A stretch of 64,000 nucleotides of DNA from Thermodesulfobacteriota bacterium. Its GTDB lineage: Bacteria > Desulfobacterota > Desulfarculia > JACQYL01. Within the stretch, counting starts at the first letter, position 1; each line of letters opens with the position of its first letter. Positions 1 through 10,337 of this stretch are shown here, one piece after another. A program made the translations under genes and the position numbers. Where the stretch lies: assembly GCA_963675595.2 (NCBI GenBank), contig CAXXLZ010000002.1:1600001-1664000 (forward strand). Reading direction: 5' to 3'. Below the pieces are notes generated by a model, which was not told where the DNA came from, ran no database searches, and saw nothing but the letters and a program-made list of their open reading frames with translations.

Positions 1-804
1 ACAAAGGGACTTGGGGGTATTGAAGGCGGACAGTAGTTCACTCGCCGAAAATTTCTTCAAGTAATAAGGAAGCCTGTAACCGGTGAAGGTCTGCAACAGG
101 CCGTTCAGACTCACCAAAGCCGCATAGGCCAGTTGCGGCCAATGCTTTCGCTGCAAAGCGTCGCGAGCGGCCCGTAGAAAATACCCCGGTCCCAAAGTGG
201 TAAGGAACAAACGGCCCCCACGCGCGGAAACGCGGGCCAGCTCTTTTAACGTGCGCCCGTTTTCCACGTAAGGGAGCACCCCCCGGAGAAGCACCACGTG
301 CGCGGACAGCGATTCCAGCGGCAGCGATTCGCATTTTGCCTGAATGAACAGGGCTTCTCTCCCGTTACACAGGGTGCGTCCCAGCCTCAACAGCGGCAGC
401 TGCAGGTCTACGCCGATAGCCATGAGAGCGCCGGAATCGGCCGCGGCATCTACATAGGAGCCCCCACCGCATCCCACGTCCAGGAAGACCTTGTCCTTCA
501 CCAGCCCCGCATCCGGAGCCGGGACGTCCGGCCCTCCATGACGGGGATTTCCCTTCCGTTGCCGAAATTCGTGAAGTTCGAGCACACCGTATCCCACCGC
601 CTTGCCGGTTCCCGTCAATCGCAGACCTCCCGCATGCTTTTCGACCAGGCTGCAGGAACGCATTTCCGAGACCGCCCTTTCAGGAATCCGATCCGGGGGT
701 ATGCAGGCCGAGCGGCTCCGATAAGCGCGGCCGTATTCCAGGAACAGCTCCATCATGAGCGTTCGATTGGCCGGGTCCGTCAGGAATGCGGAGAGTCGTT
801 CCAT
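1..804 (-). CDS. Class I SAM-dependent methyltransferase, 3' end runs off the window
   Basis: Manual translation from ATG 804 (MERLSAFLTDPANR...) is open to position 1 and contains VFLDVGCGGGSY (SAM motif I) and LKELARVSARGGRLFL. Absent from the ORF track because it has no stop in the window. Confidence 0.8.
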   Translation of the reverse strand, partial: MERLSAFLTDPANRTLMMELFLEYGRAYRSRSACIPPDRIPERAVSEMRSCSLVEKHAGGLRLTGTGKAVGYGVLELHEFRQRKGNPRHGGPDVPAPDAGLVKDKVFLDVGCGGGSYVDAAADSGALMAIGVDLQLPLLRLGRTLCNGREALFIQAKCESLPLESLSAHVVLLRGVLPYVENGRTLKELARVSARGGRLFLTTLGPGYFLRAARDALQRKHWPQLAYAALVSLNGLLQTFTGYRLPYYLKKFSASELLSAFNTPKSLC

Positions 805-1607
805 GAATTCCAGATTTCCGCGGCCTGCGACAGGGTGACGAAGCGGGCGTCGGGCAGACTGCGGAAGAGCCTTATGATTTCGGTATAATACGCGAGTACA
901 AATGGATTGGGCCGACCCAGGAGGACGAAGTTGTAGGGATGCACCAATGTAGTGATAAAATAGGGCACTCTGTCCGGTTTCATCCGATTGAAATCGGGAA
1001 AGGGTTCCCACACCGGAAACTCCAGGCAGGTTTCCGACAGGTTCAGGACGGACCGTCCGCCCTGTTGCTTCCCGTCGTCCATGAACCAACGACCCACTCG
1101 GTACCGGCGACCGTACGTGGACGACGAATCGAACCGGAAACCCGACTTATCGACGGCATTCAGTATGGCGGGCGTATGCAGCAGGCGGCCGGATCGAAAC
1201 CCCTGTGTTCTTTTCCCGAGCACATCCTCCAACCATTCTTTGTCGGCGGCAATTTCACGCCCGACCAGCGCCTCGGAATCCGCATCGAAGGATTCCAGGT
1301 GACAGTGAAGGCCCACTTCGTATCCCATTTCGCACAAGTGAACCGGCAGGTCCGGAGAACGCCGGACCATAGGCTCCCGACAATTCACAAACCAAGTGAC
1401 TTTGCCGGCAAGGCCCCGGCAATCATACAGTCGGAGAAGCTGAGGAATGCCCCATTCGAAGGCGTTTCGGCGGCCGTGGGCGTCCAGATCCACGGTCAGG
1501 CAAATGTAGATCGGCTTGCCAAGCTCCCACAACCGATGCCGCGATCCAAGGAACCTACCAAATCCCGCCGCATGGCGCAGGATTCGGACAAGCAGGCCCG
1601 CAATCAC
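780..1607 (-). CDS. Polysaccharide deacetylase (NodB/CE4-like)
   Basis: CLTVDLD, KVTWFV, YEVGLHCH, GFRSG and FDSS motifs; lies in the glycan operon. Confidence 0.8.
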   Translation of the reverse strand: MIAGLLVRILRHAAGFGRFLGSRHRLWELGKPIYICLTVDLDAHGRRNAFEWGIPQLLRLYDCRGLAGKVTWFVNCREPMVRRSPDLPVHLCEMGYEVGLHCHLESFDADSEALVGREIAADKEWLEDVLGKRTQGFRSGRLLHTPAILNAVDKSGFRFDSSSTYGRRYRVGRWFMDDGKQQGGRSVLNLSETCLEFPVWEPFPDFNRMKPDRVPYFITTLVHPYNFVLLGRPNPFVLAYYTEIIRLFRSLPDARFVTLSQAAEIWNSWNDSPHS

Positions 1608-2920
1608 CTGGAGACTCCGACGCTCCCATCGATTCGGTTCGTAGGAGGCTCCACTGGAGGAGAAGCGGACAAGTAGGTTTCTTCCACGGAGCCGGCGGAC
1701 GCGGGTGATCCTTCCGAGGATTGTTCGGAGAACAGCCGCTCGTAAATGTCGGCATAACGTGAGGCTATGGACGGCCAGGAATAATCCCCGCCGGCGGCGA
1801 GGGCATATCGACTCATACGGGCCAAGTTGTCGGACTCGTAGAGTTCTTCCATGGCCATAGCGAGGTGTTCCGGATTCGAATGAGGAAACAAAAGGCCGTT
1901 TCGTCCATGTTCGACGATTTCGCCGATTCCCCCCACGTTGGAGGCCAATACGGGCTTGCCCGCGGCCATGGCCTCCAGAATGACCACCGGCGTCCCCTCG
2001 GTTTCACCCCGTTTGGTAATGATGGACGGAACGACCACGGCATCCGCGTCCTTCATGTACGGCGGAATATCGCCGTTCTTGACCCGGCCCGAGAATGCAA
2101 CGACTTCCGCAATTAGATTCAGCTCCCGTGCCGACGCCTCCAGGCGCTCCCGTTCAGGGCCGTCTCCAATGACGGTCAACCGAAGGTTCGGTCGCCGCCT
2201 GCGTGCGAGGGCCATGGCTTTGATCAGGACGTTCACGCCCTTGACTTCGATGAGTTTGCCCACAAACAACAGCTGTTCTTTTATGGCGCCCGCCTCTCGC
2301 GTCGATGCGTCATAGAAACGGTCGGAAACCCCCATGGGAAAGACGGACGTCTTGCGGGCATTCTCGGGCGCCATTTGCAGCAACATGGATTTCAGATATT
2401 GATTCACCAAGACCACGTGATCCGCTCGCCGCGTAATATAGCGGGTGAGGGCCGCCCCTCCGGTGAACCGCCTCAAGGTATGAAGATCGGATGAATGAAT
2501 GGTGAGTACTTGAGGCGTTCCATTCCTCAAAGCCCACCCGGCGCACAACCCCTGAGGAATCGCCCAATGGGAATGCACAAGGTCCGGCCGCTCCTCCCGT
2601 AGAAGCCTCTTCACGAATCGCGCTTCCGCGAGAAAGAGAAAAGGGACCTGAATCTTCGCCAAGAAACTCTTCCGGATGTTGGGCAGAATGCCCACACCGT
2701 CGCACAGTCGCTGGGCTTTCAGAGGAAGGAAATAAGGAAAGCGCCGTACCCGAATCGGACCCAACCGCTCTTCGAAGTTGGCCGTGTGGTCATGGGGCGC
2801 CCCCACCACGATCTCGTACCTTTGGGCGAGCTCCCTGCACAATTCATAAATGAACCCCGCCGGGAGAGTATCTCCCGGAAACCTGGGAAACGTCGATGTG
2901 AGGACCAGAATCTTCTTCAT
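1604..2920 (-). CDS. Glycosyltransferase family 4
   Basis: DLVHSHWAIPQG, LLFVGKLIEVKG and TEGTPVVILEAMAAGKPVLASNVGG motifs. Confidence 0.93.
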   Translation of the reverse strand: MKKILVLTSTFPRFPGDTLPAGFIYELCRELAQRYEIVVGAPHDHTANFEERLGPIRVRRFPYFLPLKAQRLCDGVGILPNIRKSFLAKIQVPFLFLAEARFVKRLLREERPDLVHSHWAIPQGLCAGWALRNGTPQVLTIHSSDLHTLRRFTGGAALTRYITRRADHVVLVNQYLKSMLLQMAPENARKTSVFPMGVSDRFYDASTREAGAIKEQLLFVGKLIEVKGVNVLIKAMALARRRRPNLRLTVIGDGPERERLEASARELNLIAEVVAFSGRVKNGDIPPYMKDADAVVVPSIITKRGETEGTPVVILEAMAAGKPVLASNVGGIGEIVEHGRNGLLFPHSNPEHLAMAMEELYESDNLARMSRYALAAGGDYSWPSIASRYADIYERLFSEQSSEGSPASAGSVEETYLSASPPVEPPTNRIDGSVGVSR

Positions 2921-2987
2921 GTCGGATTAACGCCAGGGAGCGGAACGTCGGAAACCTTAGGGATTTACTCGTTGATGCAACGGGAAA

Positions 2988-4535
2988 TCAAAGATTCTTT
3001 TCCGTCCTTCGCCGGTCCGTGCTCTTGCGGACCTGACGTCTCCTCAGCCCTTGCCAAATCAACAGGCCGGGCCGAGAAAGCAGCATGCGCAAAACCCGCA
3101 CGCTGTAAAGGCGCCACAACAACGGCGTCAGCACCGCACCGAAATATTTCCGGAAAAAGGCTTCCATGACCAGTTGCTCGCCCATCCGAAATGCTCGTTT
3201 GCGCAGTTCCTTGGGGAATTCCGGCGTATCGAATACGGGCTCTTCGTCCCAGCGGTCCAGACGGTTGAGGTAGTCTTCCGGGGTGTGGAAAAACCGGCCG
3301 TGTTCGTGCACCCAATCGAAAAACTCGGTACCGGGATAGGGAAGCGCATTGTAGAAGCGAACTTCCTGAACTCCGCTTCGGCGAGCGAATCGATAGGAGT
3401 CCAGAAATCGCTCGAAGGTGTCCCCCGGCGTGCCGATCATGAAGAAGAGACAGTTATCGATGCCTACCCGGCGCATGATGGAAATGGCCTCTTGGGCCTG
3501 TTCCAGAGTAATGCCCTTCTTCATGGCGCGGAGGTTTTCCCGGTTGGCGGATTCCAGGCCGAATGCGACGAAGCAGCATCCCGATTGTTTCATCTTCCGA
3601 GCCAGGTTCAAGGTCAGACGATCCATGCGGATGCCGTTCCGGCATTCCCAGGAGATGTCCAAACCTCTTTCCACGATGAGGTCACAAATGCGTTCGGCTC
3701 GGGGAATGTCCGCTGAAAAACAGTCGTCGTTGAAAATGAAGTAACGGATGCCGCGTGCCGCCCAAGAAGCGATCTCATCGACCACGTTTTCCGGACTGCG
3801 GGGCCGGAACCGACGCCCGAACAGGGTCTTGACCGCACAATACACGCAGTTGCCGGGACAACCCCGCGACGTGAGAATGGGAATCTTCCGGTCGATGTAT
3901 CGGCCCAGTGGAAACAGATCGTATCGGGGAAAGGGCAAATCGTCCAAAGCCCTTAAAGGAGGCCTGAGAGCATGTTCCACAATGGCTCCGTTCCTGCGGC
4001 TGATCAATCCCTCAATGCGCCCGAAGTCGCGGGCCCCCTTTTCCACGGCGTCGAGAATCTCACACAGTGCGTGTTCGCCTTCGCCCACGACCGCCAAGTC
4101 CGCTGGTGTATCCTCCAGCAACCGTTTTCCGAAAGTGCCCACGTGTGGTCCGCCCACAACCAGCAACGGTCCGGGGTATCGACTTTTTACGTATTCCACC
4201 AGGGCATAGGACTTCTTGTACTGAAGCGTCGTGATGGTAATACCCACCACATCGGGATCATATCGGGACATTTCTCGATCCAGTAATGACAGACGATCAT
4301 TCAGCCTAAGGTCCAATACTCGGACCGAGCTGCGACCGCCTTGCGACACGGCGGCGGCCAGATAGGCGGTTCCCACGTGAGGTTGGCCGGGCTTGAAGTA
4401 CTTGCCCTGAACATTCGGAACAACAAGAAGTGTTTTCAATTCGGAAGATTCCCGCAGGCTTGAGGCCCCGCTTCTGTCAGCGGGCGGACTGGACCTTTGC
4501 GTCTTTTTCGGCGTTCGAAGTCCAGTAGGTTCCAT
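2988..4535 (-). CDS. B12-binding radical SAM protein (class B methyltransferase-like)
   Basis: N-terminal cobalamin-binding domain (PDVVGIT, VVGGPH, GEGE) followed by TSRGCPGNCVYC (CxxxCxxC). Exact start uncertain. Confidence 0.9.
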   Translation of the reverse strand: MEPTGLRTPKKTQRSSPPADRSGASSLRESSELKTLLVVPNVQGKYFKPGQPHVGTAYLAAAVSQGGRSSVRVLDLRLNDRLSLLDREMSRYDPDVVGITITTLQYKKSYALVEYVKSRYPGPLLVVGGPHVGTFGKRLLEDTPADLAVVGEGEHALCEILDAVEKGARDFGRIEGLISRRNGAIVEHALRPPLRALDDLPFPRYDLFPLGRYIDRKIPILTSRGCPGNCVYCAVKTLFGRRFRPRSPENVVDEIASWAARGIRYFIFNDDCFSADIPRAERICDLIVERGLDISWECRNGIRMDRLTLNLARKMKQSGCCFVAFGLESANRENLRAMKKGITLEQAQEAISIMRRVGIDNCLFFMIGTPGDTFERFLDSYRFARRSGVQEVRFYNALPYPGTEFFDWVHEHGRFFHTPEDYLNRLDRWDEEPVFDTPEFPKELRKRAFRMGEQLVMEAFFRKYFGAVLTPLLWRLYSVRVLRMLLSRPGLLIWQGLRRRQVRKSTDRRRTEKNL

Positions 4536-5559
4536 TGTTGCGTTTCTTCTTGGGCTGCAGGCGAGAAGGCGCCCTTTTTCCGTTCAGCCTCCTTAAGGAT
4601 GAATACTCTTTCGGTTCGGAAGGGCGGGTTTCGAGCTGCCTGACCCGCCGGAGAGTTTCTTCCATGACTCGTTTGTTGGAGGCGTTCATGTCGGCAAGGA
4701 CTCCGACGACAAAAGTGATGACTGCGAGGAAGAAGCATCCCAAACCCGGTATCGTGGTGAGCCGTCCTCCCGTGTCGAACAGAGAAGGCCAGCTCAGCAG
4801 TGCCAACCCCAACGCCATGATAAAGGCGCTCAGATAGGCAAAGGTCTTGAGGGGTTCGTAGAAAAGATAGAGTCTCAGCATGGTGGCGGCGGATTGTTTG
4901 AGGTAATCGAAATTACTCGAAAACAGCCTGGATTCCCGGGTCTTGCCGTTGACGCGGATATTGACGTACGCCACGTTCATGCTCTTCTTGCCGGCGTGGA
5001 TCAGGGTTTCCAGCGTGTGGGAGAACTGGGTGTAGATAAACAGGTTGCCGGCCGCATGTCTGCTGAATGCCCGGAATCCGCTGGTGGCGTCGGGGACCTC
5101 CGTGTTCGAGATGTAACGCACCACGGCCGAACCCACACGCTGGAGTTTCTTTTTCAAGGCTGAAAAGTGTTCGATGGATTCAATGGGACGACATCCGACC
5201 ACGATGTCCGCGTCTTCATGCAGGATGGGATGAATGAGACGCTCGATGTCCGGCGCGAAGTATTGGTTGTCCGCATCAGTGTTGACGATGATGTCCGCCC
5301 CCATGGCCGTTGCGGTTTCCAATCCGGCGGCGAACGCCGCGGCCAACCCTCGATGCGAATTGAATCGGACGATCCGGTCCACGCCCGCCGCCGAAGCCAC
5401 CTCGCTTGTACGATCCGTGCTGCCGTCGTCGATGACAAGTAGTTCCACCTCGTCAATACCCTCAAATGAGCGGGGTATGGCAGCTAGGGATTCGGGCAGG
5501 TGGTGCTCCTCATTGTAACAGGGAATCTGAATGACCAGTTTCATTGGCATTTCCTTCAA
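4477..5559 (-). CDS. Glycosyltransferase family 2 (DPM1-like) with two C-terminal TM helices
   Basis: IQIPCYNEE, VIDDGSTD, TDADNQY and PDATSGFRAF motifs. Confidence 0.92.
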   Translation of the reverse strand: MKEMPMKLVIQIPCYNEEHHLPESLAAIPRSFEGIDEVELLVIDDGSTDRTSEVASAAGVDRIVRFNSHRGLAAAFAAGLETATAMGADIIVNTDADNQYFAPDIERLIHPILHEDADIVVGCRPIESIEHFSALKKKLQRVGSAVVRYISNTEVPDATSGFRAFSRHAAGNLFIYTQFSHTLETLIHAGKKSMNVAYVNIRVNGKTRESRLFSSNFDYLKQSAATMLRLYLFYEPLKTFAYLSAFIMALGLALLSWPSLFDTGGRLTTIPGLGCFFLAVITFVVGVLADMNASNKRVMEETLRRVRQLETRPSEPKEYSSLRRLNGKRAPSRLQPKKKRNNGTYWTSNAEKDAKVQSAR

Positions 5560-6304
5560 AGCGTTGCGGACGATCCTGTCCGTTTGCCGACGCCAGGTAG
5601 AACTCGGCCAGCCGAACGTCTTCTTCCGTGTGAATGTCCAAAGATTCTCGGCGGTCGATTTCGCAAATGGTGAACCGTAAGGCTGTCCCTTTTTTTAACC
5701 GGTCGATCAGAGTGAAGCTCACGTCGGGCAGAGCGCGGTACAGCGGGGGATATTCTCGGCGGTCCATGCCTTGTTGATGCCAAATGGGGAAAGGCACTCC
5801 GGTTTCAGGATTGATGATGAACAAATGGGGCTCCACTCGAACGCCCAAACAGATTCGGGACATGGATTCGTCGTTCACCAACTGTCGGACCATGCGCTGG
5901 ATCGAGCTAGGGCGAATCAACACATAGTTGCAGTTCAAGTGAAACAGACCTTTGACCCAAGGCGTGATCTTGGCCTCCTCGACCGCCGCCTCGGGAGCTC
6001 CCAAGTCTCGAAGAATACACTGGTTCTGGTGACGTGAAATCTCGTCGGAGTTGAAGTTGGGGTGGGAGTATTCCACCATGTGTTCGAAACGTGGAATCAC
6101 CTGCCACCCGGCGCCGCGGGTAACGGCAGCCACTTCCTCGTCTTCGGTGAACACGTAAAGGCGATCGATTACCCCGCTCTTTCGCGCGGCGTCCAGAATG
6201 TAATCGATCAACGGTCTCCCGAGGATGGGATAGACGCTTTTCCTGTGCAGAGAACTCCCGTTGCCTCGGGCCCAGATTAAAGCAATGTTCTTTCGTGTAT
6301 CCAT
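5510..6304 (-). CDS. Acylneuraminate cytidylyltransferase-family (NeuA/KdsB-like) protein
   Basis: Likely start ATG 6304 (MDTRKNIALIWARGNGSSLHRKSVYPILGRPLI). C-terminal SLDIHTEED resembles the family DID motif; catalytic motifs are diverged. Confidence 0.75.
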   Translation of the reverse strand: MDTRKNIALIWARGNGSSLHRKSVYPILGRPLIDYILDAARKSGVIDRLYVFTEDEEVAAVTRGAGWQVIPRFEHMVEYSHPNFNSDEISRHQNQCILRDLGAPEAAVEEAKITPWVKGLFHLNCNYVLIRPSSIQRMVRQLVNDESMSRICLGVRVEPHLFIINPETGVPFPIWHQQGMDRREYPPLYRALPDVSFTLIDRLKKGTALRFTICEIDRRESLDIHTEEDVRLAEFYLASANGQDRPQRFEGNANETGHSDSLLQ

Positions 6305-6335
6305 GTTCGACCTTTGAGTTATGCCGTTGTTGAAA

Positions 6336-7502
6336 TCATCCGATCCATCCGTCGACACCCAACCCCGCCTCGGCGGCTTTCCCTCCCGAGTCCACGGCGT
6401 GACCGTCGGATCGTTGTGCTCTTGAACGGTAATGCTCGTAGAACCCGGGAAGTCCGGCCTCCAGAGGAATCCCGTCCTTCCATCCAAAGCCGTGTAAACG
6501 ACTCACATCAAGAAGCTTGAGCAACGTGCCGTCGGGTTTGGACGAGTCCCATACGATCTCGCCTTGAAAACCCACCACTTGTTTCACCAGTTCGGCGATT
6601 TCCAGAATGCTCCTGTCCCGTCCCGTTCCGATGTTGACGTGTGTGTTCCGCACCTCTCGCATGCCGGCGGTCAGGTCGGGAAAGTCTACGGTTTCCATCA
6701 GAAAAACGCAGGCGTCGGCCAAGTCGTCGCTGTGCATCAAATCCCGTCGAGGCGTGCCCGTGCCCCAAAGGGTGACGGTGTCCCCGGACACGCCCAGCCT
6801 CTCCAACATTCCCACGGCCTCATCCCTGTTTTCGGCGCCCAGGTCGTCCTCCACACCCTCCATGTTTCCTTCCGACAGCAGTCTCGCCAGGTGCATCTTG
6901 CGCATGAGGGCCGGGAGGAGGTGCGACGTTTCGAGATGGAAGCTCTCGTTGGGGCCGTAGAGGTTGGTGGGCATGACTGAAATGAAGTTGGTCCCGTACT
7001 GCAGGTTGTAGCTCTCGCACATCTTCATGCCGGCGATTTTCGCCACGGCGTAGGGCTCGTTGGTATATTCGAGAGGCGAGGTCAGCAAGTATTCTTCCTT
7101 GATGGGTTGCGGGCATTCCTTGGGATAGATGCAGCTTGTGCCCAGAAACAGGAGCTTTTTCACTCCTCCGAGATAGCTCTGATGGATCACGTTGTTTTGG
7201 ATCGCCAAATTTTCGTAGATGAATTCCGCTCTGTAGGTGTGGTTGGCGAGAATACCGCCCACCCTGGCGGCGGCCAGGAAAACATACTCGGGCCTGCACT
7301 CCCGGAAAAGACTTGTCACCGACGCGGGATTCGTGAGATCCGCGCGCACCAGGCGCACCTTGGACGAAGCCTCATCTTTCGGGGGTCTCCGATGATGGTT
7401 GCAGAAGATGTTTTGGTAGCCTTTTCCGAGCAGGCGTCGTACCAGGGCGCTTCCCACCAGGCCGGTGCCGCCCGTGACCAGGATTGCGGCGTCTTTTCTC
7501 AT
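6336..7502 (-). CDS. fcl: GDP-L-fucose synthase
   Basis: VTGGTGLVG, LAAARVGGI, LGTSCIYPK, EPYAVAKIAG, PTNLYGPN and KPDG motifs. Confidence 0.95.
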   Translation of the reverse strand: MRKDAAILVTGGTGLVGSALVRRLLGKGYQNIFCNHHRRPPKDEASSKVRLVRADLTNPASVTSLFRECRPEYVFLAAARVGGILANHTYRAEFIYENLAIQNNVIHQSYLGGVKKLLFLGTSCIYPKECPQPIKEEYLLTSPLEYTNEPYAVAKIAGMKMCESYNLQYGTNFISVMPTNLYGPNESFHLETSHLLPALMRKMHLARLLSEGNMEGVEDDLGAENRDEAVGMLERLGVSGDTVTLWGTGTPRRDLMHSDDLADACVFLMETVDFPDLTAGMREVRNTHVNIGTGRDRSILEIAELVKQVVGFQGEIVWDSSKPDGTLLKLLDVSRLHGFGWKDGIPLEAGLPGFYEHYRSRAQRSDGHAVDSGGKAAEAGLGVDGWIG

Positions 7503-7589
7503 GCTTGGAATCTCTAACCGCCCGTTGAAAAAGTCCGGATTATCACGGACCGTTGAAAGACGCGATCTGCGAGGTTGCTGCAGCCGTGT

Positions 7590-8423
7590 TCAAAGGTTCG
7601 GCGGGGCCCCGCCCCGGGTTTCCTTCAGCCATGCTCGGGCGCGCCGCGCGCACTGCTTCGATTCATCCAGCAACCGTTCATACCGAGGACCGGTATGCTG
7701 ACCCGTTTTCCGATCCGCTCCGTGATGTCGTATGGAGTACAGGGTCCTCGGCACATGATGGAGCCGCGCCCCGGCCATGGCGAACCGCAAATAATGATCA
7801 TAGTCGTTGGCGCATTCGTAGGCTTCATCCATCAATCCCACAAGGTCGTGAAGATCGGTCCTGTAAAGACGGCTCACACCCAAATGAAACCATCGGGCCA
7901 GGCAGTTCTCAAAATCGTAATCAGGCATCTTCATGTGCCTGACCACGTGGCCTTCATCGTTGACCAACAGCATATCCGAGTAAACGAAATCCGCTTCACC
8001 CCGTTCGAGTTCGGCAACCAGTTCCTCGATCATATGGGGATGAGGAATATCATCGCCCACAATATAGGTGCAGTACTTTCCGGAAACCCTGGAAAGACCC
8101 TCATTGTAGGTCCTGGTCGCTCCGATGTCCGACGGGAAGGTCACGATTCGGACGGCTCGATCCTTGGGATAAACGGCAACTTCCCGCCGCACGATCTGTC
8201 CTTCGTTGTCCATGCTTTCCACGGGCAGGAATGTATCCCCTTCAATGCGACCCGGCAGACTCTCCAAATAGGATTTGGTTCCGTCCGTGCTTCCCCCGTC
8301 CACAATGATGAGCTCAATGCGGGGATATGTCTGGAAAAGACAATGATCCACGCAGGCCGGCAGGTACTGCGCCTGATTGAACGTGGGAACCACGATGCTC
8401 ACAAGAGGAAGGTCGCGACTCAT
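7590..8423 (-). CDS. Glycosyltransferase family 2
   Basis: VSIVVPTFN, IVDGGSTDG and ANDYD motifs. Confidence 0.9.
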   Translation of the reverse strand: MSRDLPLVSIVVPTFNQAQYLPACVDHCLFQTYPRIELIIVDGGSTDGTKSYLESLPGRIEGDTFLPVESMDNEGQIVRREVAVYPKDRAVRIVTFPSDIGATRTYNEGLSRVSGKYCTYIVGDDIPHPHMIEELVAELERGEADFVYSDMLLVNDEGHVVRHMKMPDYDFENCLARWFHLGVSRLYRTDLHDLVGLMDEAYECANDYDHYLRFAMAGARLHHVPRTLYSIRHHGADRKTGQHTGPRYERLLDESKQCARRARAWLKETRGGAPPNL

Positions 8424-9130
8424 TCTTTTTCCAACGAAAAGCCCAGGGTGATGTACGGACCGTGAAATCGGCTGATGAAGGTTTCCGGGTCTTCAAAAGC
8501 GCGCTTGCGATCAAAACGGGCTTCTTCCCCCAAGGGGAACCCCTCCGCTTCCAGGTCGGCGAAGATATCCCATTGCTCGAACCAGGGTGACCAAAAAGGC
8601 CCTCCGTAGAGGTCCACCGTTAGGACCAACCGCCCTCCGGGTTTGAGACACCTTTTCAATTCCCTGAGCGCGGGCCTTGCCCCCAGTGGGTCGAACAGGT
8701 CCGGCAACCGCTCGTCCGTCGGGTCTTGAGTGGGACAGACCACATGTTCGAGAACGCTGATGCAGAAAATACGGTCAAAGACGTTGTCCTCAAAGACCAT
8801 ATTCCGGACGTCCATGATCCGGCACTTCTCCGACAGGTCCCCGGGATCCATCCCCCATTGGGTGCCGGAGTCCCACTGTCTTTTTTCGAGATCGATATAG
8901 ACCATACGATGTCCCCGAGCTTCCAGGAACCGGGTGAACGGAAAGGTGAAATCGGGTGCCACGTCCAGGATGTCCAATCCTCTTTCTTCCAGAATACCGC
9001 TTGCTTCCACGGCCCATGGGTATTCCCAGTGTCTGGAACCGAATGGCTTTTCACCGCACAAGGCCTTGCCCGGTTCCGAATCCCGATAGGCTTCAATCGC
9101 GCTTTTTGTGGCCAGGGCCCGGAAGTTCAT
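8420..9130 (-). CDS. Class I SAM-dependent methyltransferase (Methyltransf_11-like)
   Basis: RHWEYPW, ILDVAP, FDRIFCISVLEHV and LKPGGRLVLT motifs. Confidence 0.85.
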   Translation of the reverse strand: MNFRALATKSAIEAYRDSEPGKALCGEKPFGSRHWEYPWAVEASGILEERGLDILDVAPDFTFPFTRFLEARGHRMVYIDLEKRQWDSGTQWGMDPGDLSEKCRIMDVRNMVFEDNVFDRIFCISVLEHVVCPTQDPTDERLPDLFDPLGARPALRELKRCLKPGGRLVLTVDLYGGPFWSPWFEQWDIFADLEAEGFPLGEEARFDRKRAFEDPETFISRFHGPYITLGFSLEKE

Positions 9131-9169
9131 CCATCCGTCTCCGCGCCCCGCTTCTCATCCCATGGGCGT

Positions 9170-10126
9170 TCAAAGAGATTCATAAACCCTCATCAGCACA
9201 TCCAACGCATGCCGTTCCGTCCACGCTTCCTCCATGAACCTGCGGCTCTCCTCGCCGATGCGTTGCCTGAGGTCGGAGTCCACCGCGAGTTCCTCCAGAC
9301 GCAGCGCCAATTCCTCCCCATTGCCCGCGATGACCCAAGGGAGTCGGTCCCTGCCCGTGAATTCCCGGATGCGGCTCACGTTCCAATCGTCCAGGCCTGC
9401 GATGACCGGCTTGCCCTGGCTCAAGGACTCGAGAGACGAAATCCCGAACCAGCCTCGCATGTGATCGAAAACCAGATGGCATTGCTTCTTCAATTCGAGG
9501 CATTCCCGGTAGAGGGTATGTTCGATGATCACGGGCACCACCTGCGGATGCCGTTGCGTCAGGTCCCGAAGCGCGTGCCTGAACACGTCGGTATGCTTGT
9601 GGTACTTGCGCGTGGGGGCTTGGCACACGCGAATCTCGTCCTGAGGCAGGGTTGCGTCGAAGCGGGGCAGAAAGGCGACATCATTGATAGGTACCAGGTT
9701 GGGAACCCACACGGCGTTTTCCGCGAGCTTGAGCAGGTCCGGAGTGCTGACGATCACCTTACGGTTCAAACGACGATATTTATCGTTGTAGGCGTCGATG
9801 TTCAGCATATAGTCCGGATGGCCGTGTTGATGGTGGATTGTGCCTTTCCCCCGGACGTAGTCGCGAATGACCAGAGGTCCCAGATGGGCGTTTTCGTCCT
9901 GCAGCATGTGGAAGTGGAACACGTCCGCGTTTTTGAGCAGGAATTCCACTTCACCGAAATCGTCGTCAAGAATATCCGGAAGATGAACGTCCTTTTCGAA
10001 GGCGAAATTGTACCGTTCCGCCGACGTGATGAGGCGGCAGCGGTGCGGCGTGTATCGGTTGATCGCGTTGGTGAAGGCGATGCCCATACCCGCCGGGTCG
10101 TTGGCCGTGATCATGAGGATGTTCAT
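9170..10126 (-). CDS. Glycosyltransferase (GT-B/GT4-like)
   Basis: QAPTRKYHKHT and GISSLESLSQGKPVI motifs; first gene of the glycan operon. Confidence 0.8.
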   Translation of the reverse strand: MNILMITANDPAGMGIAFTNAINRYTPHRCRLITSAERYNFAFEKDVHLPDILDDDFGEVEFLLKNADVFHFHMLQDENAHLGPLVIRDYVRGKGTIHHQHGHPDYMLNIDAYNDKYRRLNRKVIVSTPDLLKLAENAVWVPNLVPINDVAFLPRFDATLPQDEIRVCQAPTRKYHKHTDVFRHALRDLTQRHPQVVPVIIEHTLYRECLELKKQCHLVFDHMRGWFGISSLESLSQGKPVIAGLDDWNVSRIREFTGRDRLPWVIAGNGEELALRLEELAVDSDLRQRIGEESRRFMEEAWTERHALDVLMRVYESL

Positions 10127-10337
10127 ATCGAATGTCCGGATGGAAAGGGGGGTTGCGGGCGGGCTCCGCCCGTTCGGGTGAAGGTTCGGGCTCCCCGAGG
10201 GACCGAAACACCGTGATTCAATTCGGCGGGTTCATCAAACCCGCGCGCGGTCGCGGGGGTTCGCATGCTCCGGAAGAAGCCGGGAGCGACGGTCCGCCCG
10301 GCCGAGGGGAATCCACGCAATCCCGTCGGCCTTTTCG

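Noticed and set aside
7510-7580. IS-end-like CCGTTGAAAAAGTCC sequence
   Set aside because: Only one short candidate, with no partner repeat or transposase in the window.
8726-10216. Long plus-strand ORFs antisense to glycan, primase and transposase genes (also 298, 7575, 16878, 40258)
   Set aside because: Shadow ORFs typical of GC-rich coding DNA, with no recognisable motifs.
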